A stretch of 64,000 nucleotides of DNA from Bacteroidales bacterium (GCA_041393255.1 JAWKKM010000015.1:468-64467); one strand, 5' to 3'; shown: positions 9,570 through 23,125, numbered from the stretch's first letter. Notes: generated from the sequence alone by a model not told the origin. Numbers and translations are program-made.

Positions 9570-12500
9570 ATGAAACAAAATATATACAATGAAATAAAGG
9601 CCAAGGTGCTGGTACTCGATGGTGCTATGGGAACAATGATCCAGCGTTATGGCCTGAAGGAAGAGGATTACCGTGGCTCCCGGTTTGCAAATTATCCTTA
9701 CGACCTGAAAGGGAACAACGATCTTTTATCCCTCACACAACCTCAGATAATCCGGTCAATTCATGATCAGTATTTTGAGGCGGGTGCTGATATTATTGAG
9801 ACAAACACTTTCAATGCCACCCGGGTTTCGCTGGCTGATTACCATATGGAGGATTTGGCTTTTGAGATAAATTTTGAGTCGGCAAAAATTGCCCGAGAAG
9901 CAGCTGATCATTTTATTTCGTTAAATTCTGATAAGCCCAGGTTTGTTGCCGGTTCCATGGGGCCTACCAACAAAACAACTTCGCTGTCACCTGATGTGAA
10001 TAATCCCGGATACCGCGCAGTTACTTTCGATGATCTTTATCAAGCTTATAAAGAACAAGCATTGGGGCTGATTGACGGTGGAGTGGATATTCTATTGATT
10101 GAAACCATTTTCGATACATTGAATGCCAAAGCAGCAATGATGGCCGTTGCAGATGTTCAAAAAGAAAAAAGTGTAAAGATTCCGGTAATGGTTTCCGGAA
10201 CCATTACCGATGCCAGTGGACGCACCCTTTCCGGACAAACCACAGAGGCCTTCCTCAATTCTGTTTCACATATTGATTTATTTACAATCGGACTGAACTG
10301 TGCATTGGGAGCTAAAGAATTACGTCCATACCTTGAAGAATTATCACAGAAAGCGCCCTTTAATATTTGTGTTTACCCCAATGCCGGTTTGCCAAACCAA
10401 TTTGGCGAATACGATGAGTCGCCCGAAATGATGGCATCGCAATTAAAGGGTTTTTTGGATAATGGATTTGCCAATATAATCGGAGGGTGCTGTGGTACAA
10501 CTCCCGAGCATATTAAGGAATTTGTAAAGATTGCCGAAAAGGCATCTCCCCGAAAAGTACCTCCGAATGATCACCACCTCAAACTAAGCGGCCTTGAACC
10601 ATTGATCGTTTACAAGGAGAGTAATTTTATCAATATCGGTGAGCGGACCAATGTTAGCGGATCAATTAAGTTTGCCCGCCTGATCCGTGAAGAAAAATAC
10701 GAGGAGGCCCTTTCGGTTGCACGTCAACAAGTTGAGAATGGGGCACAGGTGATTGATATCAATATGGATGATGCCATGCTGGATGCTGAAACAGTAATGG
10801 TAAAATTCTTAAATCTCATTGCCACAGAGCCGGATATAGCCAGGGTTCCCATAATGATTGATTCTTCCAAATGGTCTGTTCTGGAAGCTGGTCTGAAATG
10901 TGTACAGGGGAAAGCCATTGTAAACTCCATTAGCCTGAAAGAAGGTGAATCAGAATTTAAGGAAAGGGCAACGAAAATCAGGAATTATGGTGCGGCTGCA
11001 GTTGTTATGGCTTTTGATGAACAGGGGCAGGCCGCCAGTTTTGAACGGAGAATAGAAATTTGCCAGAGGGCTTATACTATTTTAACTAAAGAGATCAACT
11101 TCCCTCCTGAGGACATTATTTTCGACCCCAATATTTTAACTGTGGCCACCGGAATGGACGAGCATAATAATTATGCGGTTGATTATATCAATGCCACAAG
11201 GTGGATCAAGGAGAACCTACCCCATGCTAAAGTTAGCGGAGGTATCAGTAACTTATCCTTTTCATTCAGGGGAAACAATGTAGTCCGTGAAGCCATGCAC
11301 TCGGCTTTTTTATACCATGCCATTCAGGCCGGCCTCGATATGGGAATTGTGAATGCCGGGATGCTGCAGGTTTATGATGATATTCCAGAGGACCTGCTGG
11401 TTTTGGTGGAAGATGTTATTTTGAATCGCAGAAAGGATGCTACCGAAAGATTGATCCTTTATGCTGAAAAAGTAAAAGATACCGGTGATGTGGTTATCCG
11501 GAAAGATGCATGGCGGGAAGAAACGGTTCAGGAAAGATTAAAACACGCTTTAATTAAAGGCATTGTGGAATTTATTGATGAGGATGTTGAAGAAGCCCGA
11601 AAACAATATAACCGAATCCTGGACATCATTGAAGGCCCCTTGATGGATGGAATGAATGTGGTTGGCGATTTATTTGGGTCAGGCAAAATGTTTTTACCGC
11701 AGGTAGTGAAAAGTGCCCGTGTGATGAAAAAAGCGGTCGCTATTCTTCTTCCTTACATAGAAGCAGAACAAAGTGCACAAGGGAAAATACAGGCAGCCGG
11801 CAAAATCATTATGGCTACCGTAAAAGGGGATGTTCATGACATTGGAAAAAACATTGTGGGGGTGGTGCTGGCGTGCAATAATTTTGAAGTCATCGACCTT
11901 GGTGTGATGGTACCTGCCGATAAAATACTCAAAGCGGTGCAGGATGAGAAAGCTGATTTGCTGGGTTTGAGTGGATTAATTACACCTTCCCTTGAGGAAA
12001 TGGTGCACGTAGCCAGGGAACTGGAGCGCAACGGCCTGAATATTCCTTTGCTGATAGGTGGCGCCACAACTTCTGAGATTCATACCGCTGTAAAAATTGC
12101 TCCCAATTATCACGCTCCTGTGATCCATGTGAGGGATGCTTCAAAAAGTGTTGGGGTTTCCGCCAGTTTGATTTCTGAGGAGCAAAAAACTTCCTATGCG
12201 GATGAGGTAAGAAAAAAGTACAAGAAATTGAAGGATCAGCATGAAGCCAGCAGAAAGGAATCAACTTATATTTCATTTGAAGAAGCGAAAAAGAACAAAC
12301 TGAAAATCAAATGGACTGAATCGGATATTCTAAAACCTGCTTTTATCGGCAAAAAGGTATTTGTGGATCATCCGTTAAGTGAATTGCAAAACTATATTGA
12401 CTGGACGTTCTTTTTCCATGCATGGAAGATCAATGGAAAGTATCCTGCTATTTTTCAGGATCCCGTGAAAGGAGAAGAAGCCAAAATATTGTTTAACGAT

Positions 12501-13244
12501 GCCAGGTGCCTGTTGGATCGTGTTATTAATGAGAATATGCTTACTGCAAAAGGTGTCATCGGAATTTTTCCAGCCAATTCAATTGGTGAGGATATTGTAA
12601 TTTACAAAGATGAATCGAAAGAAGAAGTTCTTGAAACATTTCATTTTCTTAGGAATCAACAGCAGAAATCGGGAAGCATCCACAATTTAAACCTTGCTGA
12701 TTTTATTGCCCCTAAGGATTCCGGATTGACCGATTACTTTGGTGGTTTTGCAGTTACAGCAGGTATTGGGTTGGAAAAATGGACTGCACAATTCGAGAAA
12801 GATAACGATGATTACAACAGCATTATGATGAAAATCCTTGCTGATCGTTTGGCCGAAGCCTTTGCTGAGTTGATGCATGAAAAAGTAAGGAAAGAGTTTT
12901 GGGCTTATGCAAAAAATGAGAAACTTGAACTGAACGATTTATTAAAAGAAAATTACCAGGGAATTCGTCCGGCGCCGGGTTATCCGGCTTGCCCCGATCA
13001 TTCTGAAAAATGTGTTCTGTTCAATTTGCTCAATGTTGAAAAACACACAGGAATAGAATTAACCGAGAATTTTGCAATGTATCCGGCAGCCTCCGTCAGT
13101 GGGTTTTATTTTGCACATCCAATATCTCAATATTTTAATGTTGGAAAAATCGGAAAGGATCAGCTTCAGGATTATGCAATAAGAAAAAATGAAAACCCTG
13201 CTCAAATTGAATCCTGGCTGAATGCGAACTTGAATTACAGGTAG
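9570..13244 (+). CDS. metH: Cobalamin-dependent methionine synthase
   Basis: All modules are present: the Hcy-binding domain, the pterin-binding domain, the B12-binding domain ([13 protein letters not shown]) and the AdoMet activation domain. I prefer the start at ATG 9570 ([22 protein letters not shown]) over the upstream TTG. Confidence 0.95.
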   Translation: MKQNIYNEIKAKVLVLDGAMGTMIQRYGLKEEDYRGSRFANYPYDLKGNNDLLSLTQPQIIRSIHDQYFEAGADIIETNTFNATRVSLADYHMEDLAFEINFESAKIAREAADHFISLNSDKPRFVAGSMGPTNKTTSLSPDVNNPGYRAVTFDDLYQAYKEQALGLIDGGVDILLIETIFDTLNAKAAMMAVADVQKEKSVKIPVMVSGTITDASGRTLSGQTTEAFLNSVSHIDLFTIGLNCALGAKELRPYLEELSQKAPFNICVYPNAGLPNQFGEYDESPEMMASQLKGFLDNGFANIIGGCCGTTPEHIKEFVKIAEKASPRKVPPNDHHLKLSGLEPLIVYKESNFINIGERTNVSGSIKFARLIREEKYEEALSVARQQVENGAQVIDINMDDAMLDAETVMVKFLNLIATEPDIARVPIMIDSSKWSVLEAGLKCVQGKAIVNSISLKEGESEFKERATKIRNYGAAAVVMAFDEQGQAASFERRIEICQRAYTILTKEINFPPEDIIFDPNILTVATGMDEHNNYAVDYINATRWIKENLPHAKVSGGISNLSFSFRGNNVVREAMHSAFLYHAIQAGLDMGIVNAGMLQVYDDIPEDLLVLVEDVILNRRKDATERLILYAEKVKDTGDVVIRKDAWREETVQERLKHALIKGIVEFIDEDVEEARKQYNRILDIIEGPLMDGMNVVGDLFGSGKMFLPQVVKSARVMKKAVAILLPYIEAEQSAQGKIQAAGKIIMATVKGDVHDIGKNIVGVVLACNNFEVIDLGVMVPADKILKAVQDEKADLLGLSGLITPSLEEMVHVARELERNGLNIPLLIGGATTSEIHTAVKIAPNYHAPVIHVRDASKSVGVSASLISEEQKTSYADEVRKKYKKLKDQHEASRKESTYISFEEAKKNKLKIKWTESDILKPAFIGKKVFVDHPLSELQNYIDWTFFFHAWKINGKYPAIFQDPVKGEEAKILFNDARCLLDRVINENMLTAKGVIGIFPANSIGEDIVIYKDESKEEVLETFHFLRNQQQKSGSIHNLNLADFIAPKDSGLTDYFGGFAVTAGIGLEKWTAQFEKDNDDYNSIMMKILADRLAEAFAELMHEKVRKEFWAYAKNEKLELNDLLKENYQGIRPAPGYPACPDHSEKCVLFNLLNVEKHTGIELTENFAMYPAASVSGFYFAHPISQYFNVGKIGKDQLQDYAIRKNENPAQIESWLNANLNYR

Positions 13245-13446
13245 AAGCATCAGGAAAAAATGTTAAAGAGACAATAAAAAGTCGAAAGTAAGATGTCAAT
13301 AACCAAGCAGGCAATTTACAAAAGGAACAAATAATATGTTAAACGTTAATTGTTAATTGTAAGTTGGCAAAACTATGAACTGGAACTATATTCAAAAGAG
13401 ACTATGACCAATAACCAATAACTTTTAATCCATTAACTAAAAAACA

Positions 13447-15278
13447 ATGCGTATTCCATTTTCAGAATTTATAAAAGACAACCTTGTACTCTTTGACGGT
13501 GCGATGGGAACAGAACTCTATAACAGGGGTGTGTTTATCAATAGCTGTTACGATGAACTCAACCTGACCCGTCCCAGGATGATCAGAGAGATTCATGAAG
13601 CCTATGCACAAGCAGGTGCAGATGTTTTGGAAACCAATACTTTTGGGGCAAATCGCTTAAAACTTCAGAAGCATGGATTGGAAGACAGACTTTATGAAAT
13701 CAACAATACCGGCGCCCGCCTTGCACGGGAAGCTGCCGGCGATAACATTTATGTCGCCGGTTCCATTGGGCCTTTAAACCTGAGGCTGGAGCCCTGGGGG
13801 CCATTGTCGGAAGAGGAAGCCCGGGAGATATTTGCAGAGCAAGCCCAGGGATTGATTGACGGTGGTGTGGACCTTGTTATATTCGAAACATTTACCGATC
13901 TGCACTTAATGCAGCAAGCCATTATTGCAATCAAGGAAAAATTTGATATCCCTGTTATTGCATCCATGACCATCGGCAATGATGGAAATTCGCTTTTTGG
14001 AACACCTCCTGAATTGTTTGCTTCAAAATTGAAACAATGGGGCGCAGATGTGATCGGTATCAATTGTTCTGTTGGTCCAAAACCCATGCTGGATGCCCTG
14101 GAAAAAATCAACGATGTGGTTGACCTGCCTGTCAGCATTATGCCCAATGCAGGTACACCGGTTGATGTAGAAGGAAGAAACATTTACCTGGCAACCGCCG
14201 AGTATTTTGCCGAATATGCCCGGCGGTTTATTCAGGCAGGAGCACGTATGGTTGGCGGTTGCTGTGGAACCGATCCTTCCTTTACAAAACAAATGCGCAG
14301 TGCCATTCAATCCATTCAACCACGCACCATTGTTCAAAAAAGCATAAAAGTTAAACCGGTAGAAAAACCGGTTAATACGATTTTGGCTTGTGAGAAATCA
14401 AGTTTTGCAAAAAAAATATGCAACGGAGAGTTTGTCACAACTGTTGAGATTGTCCCTCCCCGTGGAACAGATGCAAGTGTTGCCGTGGATCAGGCCAGGC
14501 TTTTTAAGGAAGCCGGTGTGGATGCAATCAATATTCCTGATGGGCCAAGGGCATTGTCGCGTATGGGGGCAAGCTACCTTTCATTGATTATCCAACAGCA
14601 GGCCGGAATTGAAGTGATTCAGCATTATGCATGTCGCGACAGGAATTTGTTGGGAATGGTTGGCGATCTGTTGGGAGCCTATGGTGCCGGAATAAAAAAT
14701 CTTCTCCTGATTACTGGAGACCCTCCGAAAATGGGGACCTATCCAGATGCTACTGCAGTTTTCGATGTAGACTCCATTGGATTGACCAACGCTGTAAATT
14801 ATTTAAACTCAGGATATGACCTGGGCGGTAATCCCATTGAAAAGCCTACGGGTTTCTATATAGGGGTAGGAGTAAATCCCGGTGCCATTGACCTCGATTA
14901 CGAAATCAGAAGGTTTGAATGGAAAGTTAAAGCCGGTGCTGAATATGCCATCACTCAACCGGTTTTTGATAATGATCTGTTTGTGAAATTCATGAAACGG
15001 ATCGAGCATGTTAAGATTCCTGTCATTGCCGGTGTTTGGCCCCTTGTGAGTGTAAGAAATGCAGAATTTATGAATAACGAAGTTCCCGGGGCTTCTGTTC
15101 CCGATTCTATTATGAAACGAATGTATGCCACTAAATCAAAAGAAGAAGCACAGGAATTGGGTATTGAAATTGCCAGGAAACCATTCGGGAATTGAAGAAT
15201 GAAATTGCAGGAGTCCAGGTTTCTATGCCCTTCGGAAAAAGCAAATACCCCCTTGACGTTCTCAAGGAGGTATTATAA
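13447..15278 (+). CDS. Bifunctional homocysteine S-methyltransferase domain / methylenetetrahydrofolate reductase (YitJ-like), with one frame break near 15190
   Basis: An N-terminal Hcy-binding domain (LFDGAMGTELY..., GGCCGT) is fused to MTHFR. After the break the frame continues ...EIAGVQVSMPFGKSKYPLDVLKEVL* to 15278. Confidence 0.85.
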
Positions 15279-15326
15279 AGAGAATTATGAAAAAGAAGAT
15301 CTTTGTGTCTTTTTTGTGTAATTTTT

Positions 15327-15578
15327 TTACATATAGATATCTGTAATATCAATACTGTCAAGGTACAATTCCAGCATCTCGTCCGAGTTTACCGCCACGA
15401 TCTGGTCGATCTCATCCGACCCGGGCAGGTAATAAACTTCAACATAAAAACCATAAACTACATAAAGCTGAATGCTGTAAATACTGTAGTTTCTTTCTGC
15501 TACGTGCTGACCATTGTTTAAAAGAACATAACTTTTTAAGTCCTCGGTCAAATTTTGAAAGTCTAATGCTGTAATCAC
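15327..15578 (-). CDS. Small hypothetical protein
   Basis: 83-aa ORF. No motif recognised. Confidence 0.3.
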   Translation of the reverse strand: MITALDFQNLTEDLKSYVLLNNGQHVAERNYSIYSIQLYVVYGFYVEVYYLPGSDEIDQIVAVNSDEMLELYLDSIDITDIYM

Positions 15579-16009
15579 CTTTATCGATTTTTAGTTTATA
15601 CCCTATTTTATTAAAAAGAAACTGAGAATTGCAAGTACCAGGCTGATGAGCTGGATGTAGAAGAGGCTTTTTGAAAAGCTTTCTTTTGATTCTTCCATTT
15701 CTTTGTTTGATACATTTTCTTCATTAATTTCCATGTTTACCTCACCGAAATTTAAAACTGTTATTAACTTACCTTTTGATTTGCTTTTTTCCCTTATTAC
15801 AAAAGCGTACCAAAAATTGCATTTTGCAATACTTTATTAACAATCAATTGTTTATAAAAATCATCGCGTTTCACACCACTATCCGAAATCAATAAGGCTT
15901 ATCATTTTCGTAGATCAAGAGTGGAGAGGGAATGTTGTTTTAAAATGGGAATGGGGGTTGAAATGGAAAAATGGTTAATTGGTAAATTGGTAAATATGTG
16001 GGTTGGATT

Positions 16010-16042
16010 TATAAAAAAATCCCGATTTTGGGTCGGGATTTT
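16010..16042 (-). terminator. Rho-independent terminator of the lipoprotein gene
   Basis: A 10-bp perfect stem, AAAATCCCGA/TCGGGATTTT, with a 7-nt loop. On the minus strand it is followed by a T-run. Confidence 0.55.
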
Positions 16043-16119
16043 CAATCCAAATATTTCTTAATTTGGTTATCGTTGAGAAATGAATCCAATAGTAGTATAA
16101 AAAACTTGGATCCAAAGTA

Positions 16120-16605
16120 TTATTTAAAGGCTTTCTTTTTCTGCTTTCCTGTTTCTGATTCAACAGTTGGTTTTGTTGGCATCCTGAAACCATTAATAAG
16201 CATATGGGCCTTTTTAATATTAGTTGTATCAAGTGCCTGGTATCCAGGCACGGCATCAACTATCTGCCTGGCATTTGAGTATTTGCCATAAAACCCGGAA
16301 ACAGTAGCAATACTTTTCTTACCAGAGCTTTTCACCTTATAAACAGGGTCTATTATTACGTCTGCACCACTATTTTCAAGTGCCATATAATATGCAGTAC
16401 TGATGGCATCATTCACTCCTTTTACTTTTGGAGAGGATGCAGTTACCCGTTGTTCCAGATTGACATTTAAATCAACCAAAACAGGTGTCACTAATAAATT
16501 CTGTTCTGGGATTTCAACTTGCCTGTAACTATATTTCAGGCTTGAGCAACCAGTAATCATTGTTATGATAACAGTTGCAAAAATAATAGAGGTAATTTTT
16601 CTCAT
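16120..16605 (-). CDS. Lipoprotein of unknown function
   Basis: Signal peptide with lipobox ITGCSS. 161 aa. Confidence 0.55.
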   Translation of the reverse strand: MRKITSIIFATVIITMITGCSSLKYSYRQVEIPEQNLLVTPVLVDLNVNLEQRVTASSPKVKGVNDAISTAYYMALENSGADVIIDPVYKVKSSGKKSIATVSGFYGKYSNARQIVDAVPGYQALDTTNIKKAHMLINGFRMPTKPTVESETGKQKKKAFK

Positions 16606-16657
16606 AAAAATCTATAATTGTATATGTTAATACTGAATTTTTTTAATTCTTATTTAG

Positions 16658-17547
16658 ATGAAGTTGTCAAAAGTTGAATGTTAAAAAGAACGAACGATAC
16701 ACAGAAATTGGATTTCAATAAGTTGTATCATTCGTTCAAAAACTTCATGTTGAACAAAAGTATAATAAAAAAGAGATTTGTCCACATTTAAAGTTCGGAA
16801 ATTGATGGACAATACCAAGGTTAAAGTATATCAAGTGGTAGAATCGATACTATATCGGCTAAAAACAGGATGCCAATGGAGGCAACTGCCCATGAAACAA
16901 TTTTTCAGGGTAAAATACCATTGGCAGAGCGTTTATTATCACTTTCAGAAATGGTGCAAAGATGGTAGCTGGGAAAGAGCCTGAGACATATTCTGGAAAG
17001 GCATCGGGATCTACTTGATTTATCAAGTGTTCAGCTTGATGGCACACACACCCCATCAAAAAGGGGCGGACAGGCAGTAGGCTACCAAGGCAGGAAAAGG
17101 CGAAGACCAGCAACATGCTTGTGCTGACAGATAGCCAGGGTATCCACTGGCCTGCAGTGAAGCTATTTCAGGAGAACATAATGATGCGTATCAACGGAAG
17201 AGTTCGTGGAGAATATGTTTGAAAGCCTGCGTTCTTCAAACATAAGGACAGACTGGCTATTCCTGAATGCCGATGCAGGGTTTGATATAGAGAGCCTTTC
17301 GTGCTTTCTGTTACAGGAATGATATAATAGATAATATTGATAAAAATAAAAGAAACGGTAGTGAAAGTGAACACCTTTTTGACAGTTTACTCTACAAATG
17401 CAGGTTTGTTGTGGAAAGGGACCAATGCTTGGCTGGATGCATTTAAGGCTATTTTGATCCGTTTTGAAACAAACAAAATTCATTGGAAAGCATTGAATAT
17501 ATTAGCTTTTTGCGTTATTTTATTACGTCAACTTTAAACAACTTCAT
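16658..17547 (+). mobile_element. IS5-family-like insertion sequence, about 890 bp
   Basis: Terminal inverted repeats ATGAAGTTGTCAAAAGTTG (16658-16676) and the reverse complement of 17529-17547, ATGAAGTTGTTTAAAGTTG, match at 17 of 19 positions. They bracket a DDE transposase reading frame. I saw no clear target-site duplication. Confidence 0.6.
16778..17537 (+). pseudogene. IS5/IS4-type transposase with at least 4 frame breaks
   Basis: The N-terminus YRLKTGCQWRQLPMKQFF...YYHFQKWCKDGSWE is a DUF4096-type motif. The later pieces ...LDGTHTPSKRGGQAVGYQGRK..., ...LFLNADAGFD..., ...RFVVERTNAWLDAFKAILIRFETN... lie in different frames. The breaks I checked are restored by adding a base to a homopolymer. 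Confidence 0.7.
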
Positions 17548-17644
17548 TGCTTTCCTACTAATTAGAGGTGCAAGATATATATATTTTTCAAATAATAAAA
17601 AAAACAGCAATATCAATTATTCCCAATAATAGGATCAAATCCAA

Positions 17645-18875
17645 TTATAGAACAATATCCAGCACTCTCAATAACCCTTCAACCTCCTCCTCAGTATTAT
17701 AATGCACCAAACTAATTCTGACAACGCCTTCTTTTTCAGCTAAACCAAGATCGTTAATCAATCGCCTTGCATAGAAATCACCATAGCGGATGGCAATTTT
17801 ATGTTTGTCAACCAAAGGCGGGATTTCGCTGCTTTTCATTTTGTCAGCGATAAAGGAAATGGTCGGCACCCTCAGGTTCCCATCGGCTGACACCTTTCCT
17901 ATAAACCGAATGGATTTGAAGTTTTTAAGAAAATCAATCAGGATGGATACGGTTTTTTCTTCTTGCTGTGCAAAAACTTTGAATACGCTGTTGGCCTTCT
18001 CATGTAAACTTTGGCTTTTATGGGAATGATGGTGATTGTAAACAGCTTCGATATAATCCGTAACCCCAAGCAATCCATAGCTCAATTCGTAATTCACATT
18101 TCCGGGTTGTAATTTGTATGCTCCTTCATTGTTTCCAATAAAGAAATGATTGATGCCGGGCAGTCTTTCCAAATGCTTTTGTTTGACATAAAGCAATGAG
18201 TAATGCGGGCCATAGACTTTATAAAAACTTAAAGCATAGAAATCAACATCCAGTTCCTGTACATCTACCAGTCGATGAGGTGCATAAGCAACACCATCAA
18301 CACAAACCATTGCTCCACGATCATGAACAAATTTCGTGATCTCTTTTACGGGGTTGATGGTTCCCAGAATATTTGAAGTATGCGTGAATGCAACCAGGCG
18401 GGTTTTGTGGGTCATCAATTTATCCAGAACATCAAGATCAAGTTCCAGGGTCTCAGGGTTAATATTCCAGAATTTTACTTTGATACCGGATTTCTCCATA
18501 TTAATCCAGGGGCCAATATTGGCTTCGTGATCACAATTGGTAACAATCACTTCATCGCCCGGAGAAAATGTCTGAACCATTGATTTGGAAAGATTTTGAA
18601 GTAACTGGGTAGTGGAAGGCCCCAGAACAACTTTCCGGATGCATAGCATGGATTAATCCAGCCATTGTCCTTTGGGCTTCAAGAACCCGATTGCTAGCCT
18701 GTTGGGAAACATCATAAGTTGCCCCTAACTGAACATTGGTATTGTATAAGTAATCGTTAATTCTTTCACCAACTTGTTTTACAGTTTGCGAACCACCGGC
18801 ATTATCCATAAAAACCCAATCATTGGAAAGGGCTGGAAACTGACTTCGGATAAAATTTAAATCTAGACTTTTCAT
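17645..18875 (-). CDS. Class V aminotransferase / cysteine-desulfurase-like PLP enzyme with one frame break near 18650
   Basis: ORFs 18552-18875 and 17645-18649 join (...RTMAGLI.. / VVLGPSTTQLLQNL...) if one A is added to an A-run. Confidence 0.7.
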
Positions 18876-18952
18876 CGATGTTTTGTTTAATGCACGAAAA
18901 TAAGGAAAATAGAATTCCGTTTCAATTCAGACAGAATACTTAATTTAGGACG

Positions 18953-20077
18953 ATGAAATATTTCCTGATAATCTTTTTAGTGATCCCTGTAATCTCTTTT
19001 GCACAGAATGTGGTTCACATTAACAATTCGGAAGAGCTTGAATCCATTAACTTTGAAAGTAATAAAACCTACCTGTTGAAAAGCGGTTTTGTATATGAGG
19101 TATCCAAACCCATCCGGTTTTCAAATTTGCAGAATGTGACCCTTACTTCTTCCGAAAATGAAAACCTTCCTGAAATCCGGTATACGGGAGACGAAGACAG
19201 CGATTTAGTTTACATCAGGGCCTCCCGGAATATTAGAATCGAAAATCTAAAACTTACCGGTTCCTTTAACAACAGTATCGTCCATATTTCTGGCCATTAC
19301 AGTACCGATGCTCCTCCTACAAACCATACAACAATCCGTAATTGCGAAATCAGTAAGGCCTTCAATGGGATCAGGTCATTGCCCTATTCCACCAAATGTG
19401 ACACCATTACTATCATTGATTGCAATATTCATCACCTTACCGATGATGGAGTTTTTATTGCTGATTGTGATTTTGTGAAAGTTCAGGGTTGTCACATTTG
19501 GCATGTTAACCTGAATTGGAACAAAGGCAGGGTAAATTCAGGAGATTGCATTCACCTTACCGGAAATTGCTCAAATTGGATAATCAAAAACAATGTATTA
19601 GACCGCCGGCTGACTTCCAATAAATTTTGCTTTATCTATGGGAACAAGGGTTATTTACCGGTGCAGGGTGAGATTGTTGGAAATACTTTTTATCCTCCGA
19701 AGGATACCATCGGCGGGGTGGGTTCGGCCATTTACATTTCTGAATCGGATTATGTTAAAATTGACAGCAACCGGTTTTTAAGCGATGGCTATCAATGGGG
19801 CGGTAAACCCGGAGCCATTGCCCACCTTGAGGCACGGCAAATTGATTTTTCAAACAATTACATAAACAACTTAACCCGCTGCTACTTCACAAACAGGGTA
19901 AAAAAAGCGAATGTTGAGAACAATACCATGCAGGATTGTTTTGGAAAGTTTTTTTATTACTTCGGTGAATTGAATGCCCTTAACAATACCTTCTATAACC
20001 TGAAAGGATGGGCCTATGCGGCAGAAGGCGCCGGAGGGGTTTTAATTGATATAAATACTATTTATGAGAGCGACTAA
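18953..20077 (+). CDS. Secreted right-handed parallel beta-helix repeat protein
   Basis: Signal peptide (VIPVISFAQ). Repeated beta-helix-like N/I/G-rich segments. Confidence 0.5.
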   Translation: MKYFLIIFLVIPVISFAQNVVHINNSEELESINFESNKTYLLKSGFVYEVSKPIRFSNLQNVTLTSSENENLPEIRYTGDEDSDLVYIRASRNIRIENLKLTGSFNNSIVHISGHYSTDAPPTNHTTIRNCEISKAFNGIRSLPYSTKCDTITIIDCNIHHLTDDGVFIADCDFVKVQGCHIWHVNLNWNKGRVNSGDCIHLTGNCSNWIIKNNVLDRRLTSNKFCFIYGNKGYLPVQGEIVGNTFYPPKDTIGGVGSAIYISESDYVKIDSNRFLSDGYQWGGKPGAIAHLEARQIDFSNNYINNLTRCYFTNRVKKANVENNTMQDCFGKFFYYFGELNALNNTFYNLKGWAYAAEGAGGVLIDINTIYESD

Positions 20078-20264
20078 AAAGCCTTACCGCAGGCATCTTC
20101 CATAGGATTCCCTGCTTGGCCTATGGGAAGAGTGCCCGCTAGGGGTTAAAACAATTCTTGATACGAAAATTACAAATTCTAATTGAAGAAAAAGTTCGGC
20201 AGACTTTAGAAGTTGCTGGGAAACCAGATTAAGTATTGTCTATAAAAATTCAAATGACTAAAGA

Positions 20265-23001
20265 CTATTGGGATGAATTTGTCAGTTCCAATGTTTTTTG
20301 AATGCAGTTTAATAGCTCCTTACTCTGGAAAGGTTTTGGAATATAGCCATGCATTCCGGCTTCAAAACAGCGTTCTATTTCGGCTTTCATAACATTTGCT
20401 GTCATGGCTATAATGGGGGTTTTTGATTTAGGATTATTCAGTTTTCGAATGGCTCGTGTGGCATCATATCCGTCCATTTCAGGCATTTGAACATCCATAA
20501 GGATGATATCATAGTTGTTAGCATTCACTTTTTCTACAGCAATTTTGCCATTTTCTGCCACCTCTATCTTCACTCCCGGAATACTTTCTTCCAATTCGTT
20601 CTGAGCAACAATCACATTAAAGGTATTATCTTCAACGAGCAGGATATTCAAATCTTTTAAAGTAAAAGAAAAACCTTCCTTTTTGTTATCTTTACATACA
20701 TCGCAAATGGCATAGGGTATTTCAACAATAAATGTACTGCCCGAACCTTTAATGCTTTCCAAATTAATTATACCTTTATGCAGATCGACCAATTTTTTAC
20801 AAATTGACAATCCCAATCCTGTTCCACCGTATTTTCTTGTTGTGTCAGTATCTTCCTGGGTAAATACTTCGAAGATGGTATTCATTTTATCCTTTGCAAT
20901 GCCAATGCCTGTATCAATAACTTTGAACTGAAGAAGGGCGTTTTCATTTGAAATTTCCTTTGACAGGACTTCGATGCTAACTTTGCCTTTCTCGGTAAAT
21001 TTAATTGCATTACTGGCCAGGTTAACAATTATTTGATTTAATCGCGTTGGGTCTCCTATCAGGTATTCCGGAACTTTTTCATCAATATGAACATTTAGAT
21101 GAAGCCCTTTTTCTTCAGCTTTGAAACGCAGAATGTCTTTTACATTTCGGACTACCTCTTCAGGACTAAATTGAATGTGCTCCAACTCTATTTTCCCTGC
21201 CTCCAATTTACTCAGGTCAAGTATCTCATTTAAGATGATCAGTAAGTTTTCAGAACTTTGCCTGATAGCATTCAAATAGGTGTCCTGCGAAGCCGGATGA
21301 TCGTTACGAATGATAATATCCGTCATCCCCATGATGGCATTCATAGGCGTCCGTATTTCATGACTCATATTCGCCAGGAATTGTTCTTTTACCTTTTCGC
21401 TATTTGCGGCCCGCTCCCTTTCCGATTCAGCAATTAAGCGCAGGCGGTCCGCTTCTTCTTTCCGTTTTAACAATTCACTACCGGCTTTTCGAATATATCG
21501 GAGCCGGCTCCATAGCGCTAATGATATCAATAGAAACATCAGTACACCGACAATATCTAACTGGCTCCGTATTTTTTGCTTTGTCAATTTTGCTTCATTT
21601 AAAGCGTCTTTTTTTCCAGCAGCAACTGTTCCTGAATTTTTTCCTTTTTGTAATTAAACTCCATCTGCATTTGAACGAAATGCCGTATAATTCGCATTAT
21701 CGTATATAGAATCCTTATATTGAATGGTTTTGTTCTGGTATAAATACGCATTTCTGAAATCGCCCATATTTTTGTAGGTCTGAGCCAAAAAAGAATTAAG
21801 TCTGAGCCAATTGTTTAAAATCCCTCATGTCTTCTGCTATTGCCAATCCGAGCTGAAAATCAGAGATGGATTATGGTATTTTTTGGAATAGCTCAACTTC
21901 GCCCCGAATTGAATAGATTAATATTAATCCCCGGTAATTCATCATTTGGGTTGCCGTTTTGTGGGCAATGTTTAGCCAAACAATTGTGCTATCCATTTCT
22001 TTCTTTCTAAAGTGTAGCCTGGCCATATCAATCTGAGTTGTCATAATTCCATTCAGGTTTGATGAATTATGAAAAGCCTTTTCAACCAGATGAAGATAAT
22101 TATGGGCCTGATTAAAATCTCCCCTGTCCTTGTAGATTCTGGCAATATAACTATATGAGGCTCCCAGTCCATTAAATTCATCCACAAGCATCCTTAGCTT
22201 TGCAGCTTGCAGATGGTTTTCTAATGCCCCCAGTGTATCACCCATTTGGTAATACGTTGTACCCAGATCATTGTATATCATAGCAACACCAGATGTGTCC
22301 TCCATATTCTCGAACAGGCTCTTTGCGTCCATCAATTTTTCAATTGCTGCATCACGATCATTCAGCTTATTTAATATGGCTGCAATGGTGACGTATGCAT
22401 TGGCAATTCCAACTGTATTGCTGAGCTCCTCCTGAATTTTTAAATCTTCATAATGATTCTTCAATGCCTCAGAATAATTACCCAGGTAACGATGGTCTAA
22501 CCCCAGGAAATAGTACGAAAGCGATAATCCTTTTTTATCATTATTCAAAATAGCCTGATCCCGGGCCTTCTCATAATAGATTATGGCTTCGCCATAATCG
22601 CTTCGTAAATCATGCACTCGTCCCATCCTTATATGCAGTTTGAAAAGTTCATTTTTATCACCTATTGCAGAATAGATATGGAAGGCTGAATCGTAAGATT
22701 GGTTTGAAAGATCGATCTTGTCGCTGCCTCCATAAGCGGTAACTAAAGTGCTAAGTGCTTCCGCTTTCTTCTTTTCCAAATTAATTTTTCGTTCATCTGA
22801 CATATTCATATCTCCTGGCAAACGATTGTGGGCCATAATATCAATCACACAATTGCCATATTTGCATGCACTGTCCAATTCATGTATTTCCAGAAATTCT
22901 TTGCCTAGCTTATTCCAAGTAGAAATTAAACTATCAATATTTTCCTGAGCTTGCAATGCAAGTGTGCCAATCCAAAATATCAGAGTAAGTATTCTCTTCA
23001 T
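20265..23001 (-). CDS. TPR-sensor hybrid histidine kinase/response regulator: one gene split by about 3 frame breaks
   Basis: ORF 21871-23001 has a signal peptide and TPR repeats. The 21588-21870 region still reads TPR-like (LNSFLAQTYKNMGDFRNAYLYQNK) in other frames. ORF 20265-21587 has a TM segment, an H-box (MSHEIRTPMNAI), a HATPase domain and a receiver (ILMDVQMPEMDG). Confidence 0.7.
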
Positions 23002-23125
23002 GAATAAAATTTGGTCATAAACGATGAAATATCAATACTTCAAAAACGATTCGTTCGAACTCATTATAAATAACATAATTGAAATGAAGTTTGTTTTAAA
23101 GGATTGCCTTTATTTCACTCTTTAA

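Noticed and set aside
15603-15734. A 43-aa minus-strand ORF (MEINEENVSNKEMEESKESFSKSLFYIQLISLVLAILSFFLIK) with one TM helix
   Set aside because: It is plausible as a small membrane protein downstream of 15327-15578, but it is below any length at which I can support it without conservation data.
20096-20131. Hairpin TCTTCCATAGG...CCTATGGGAAGA downstream of the beta-helix gene, considered as a terminator
   Set aside because: There is no U-tract on either strand and the loop is fairly long. That is not enough to call a terminator.
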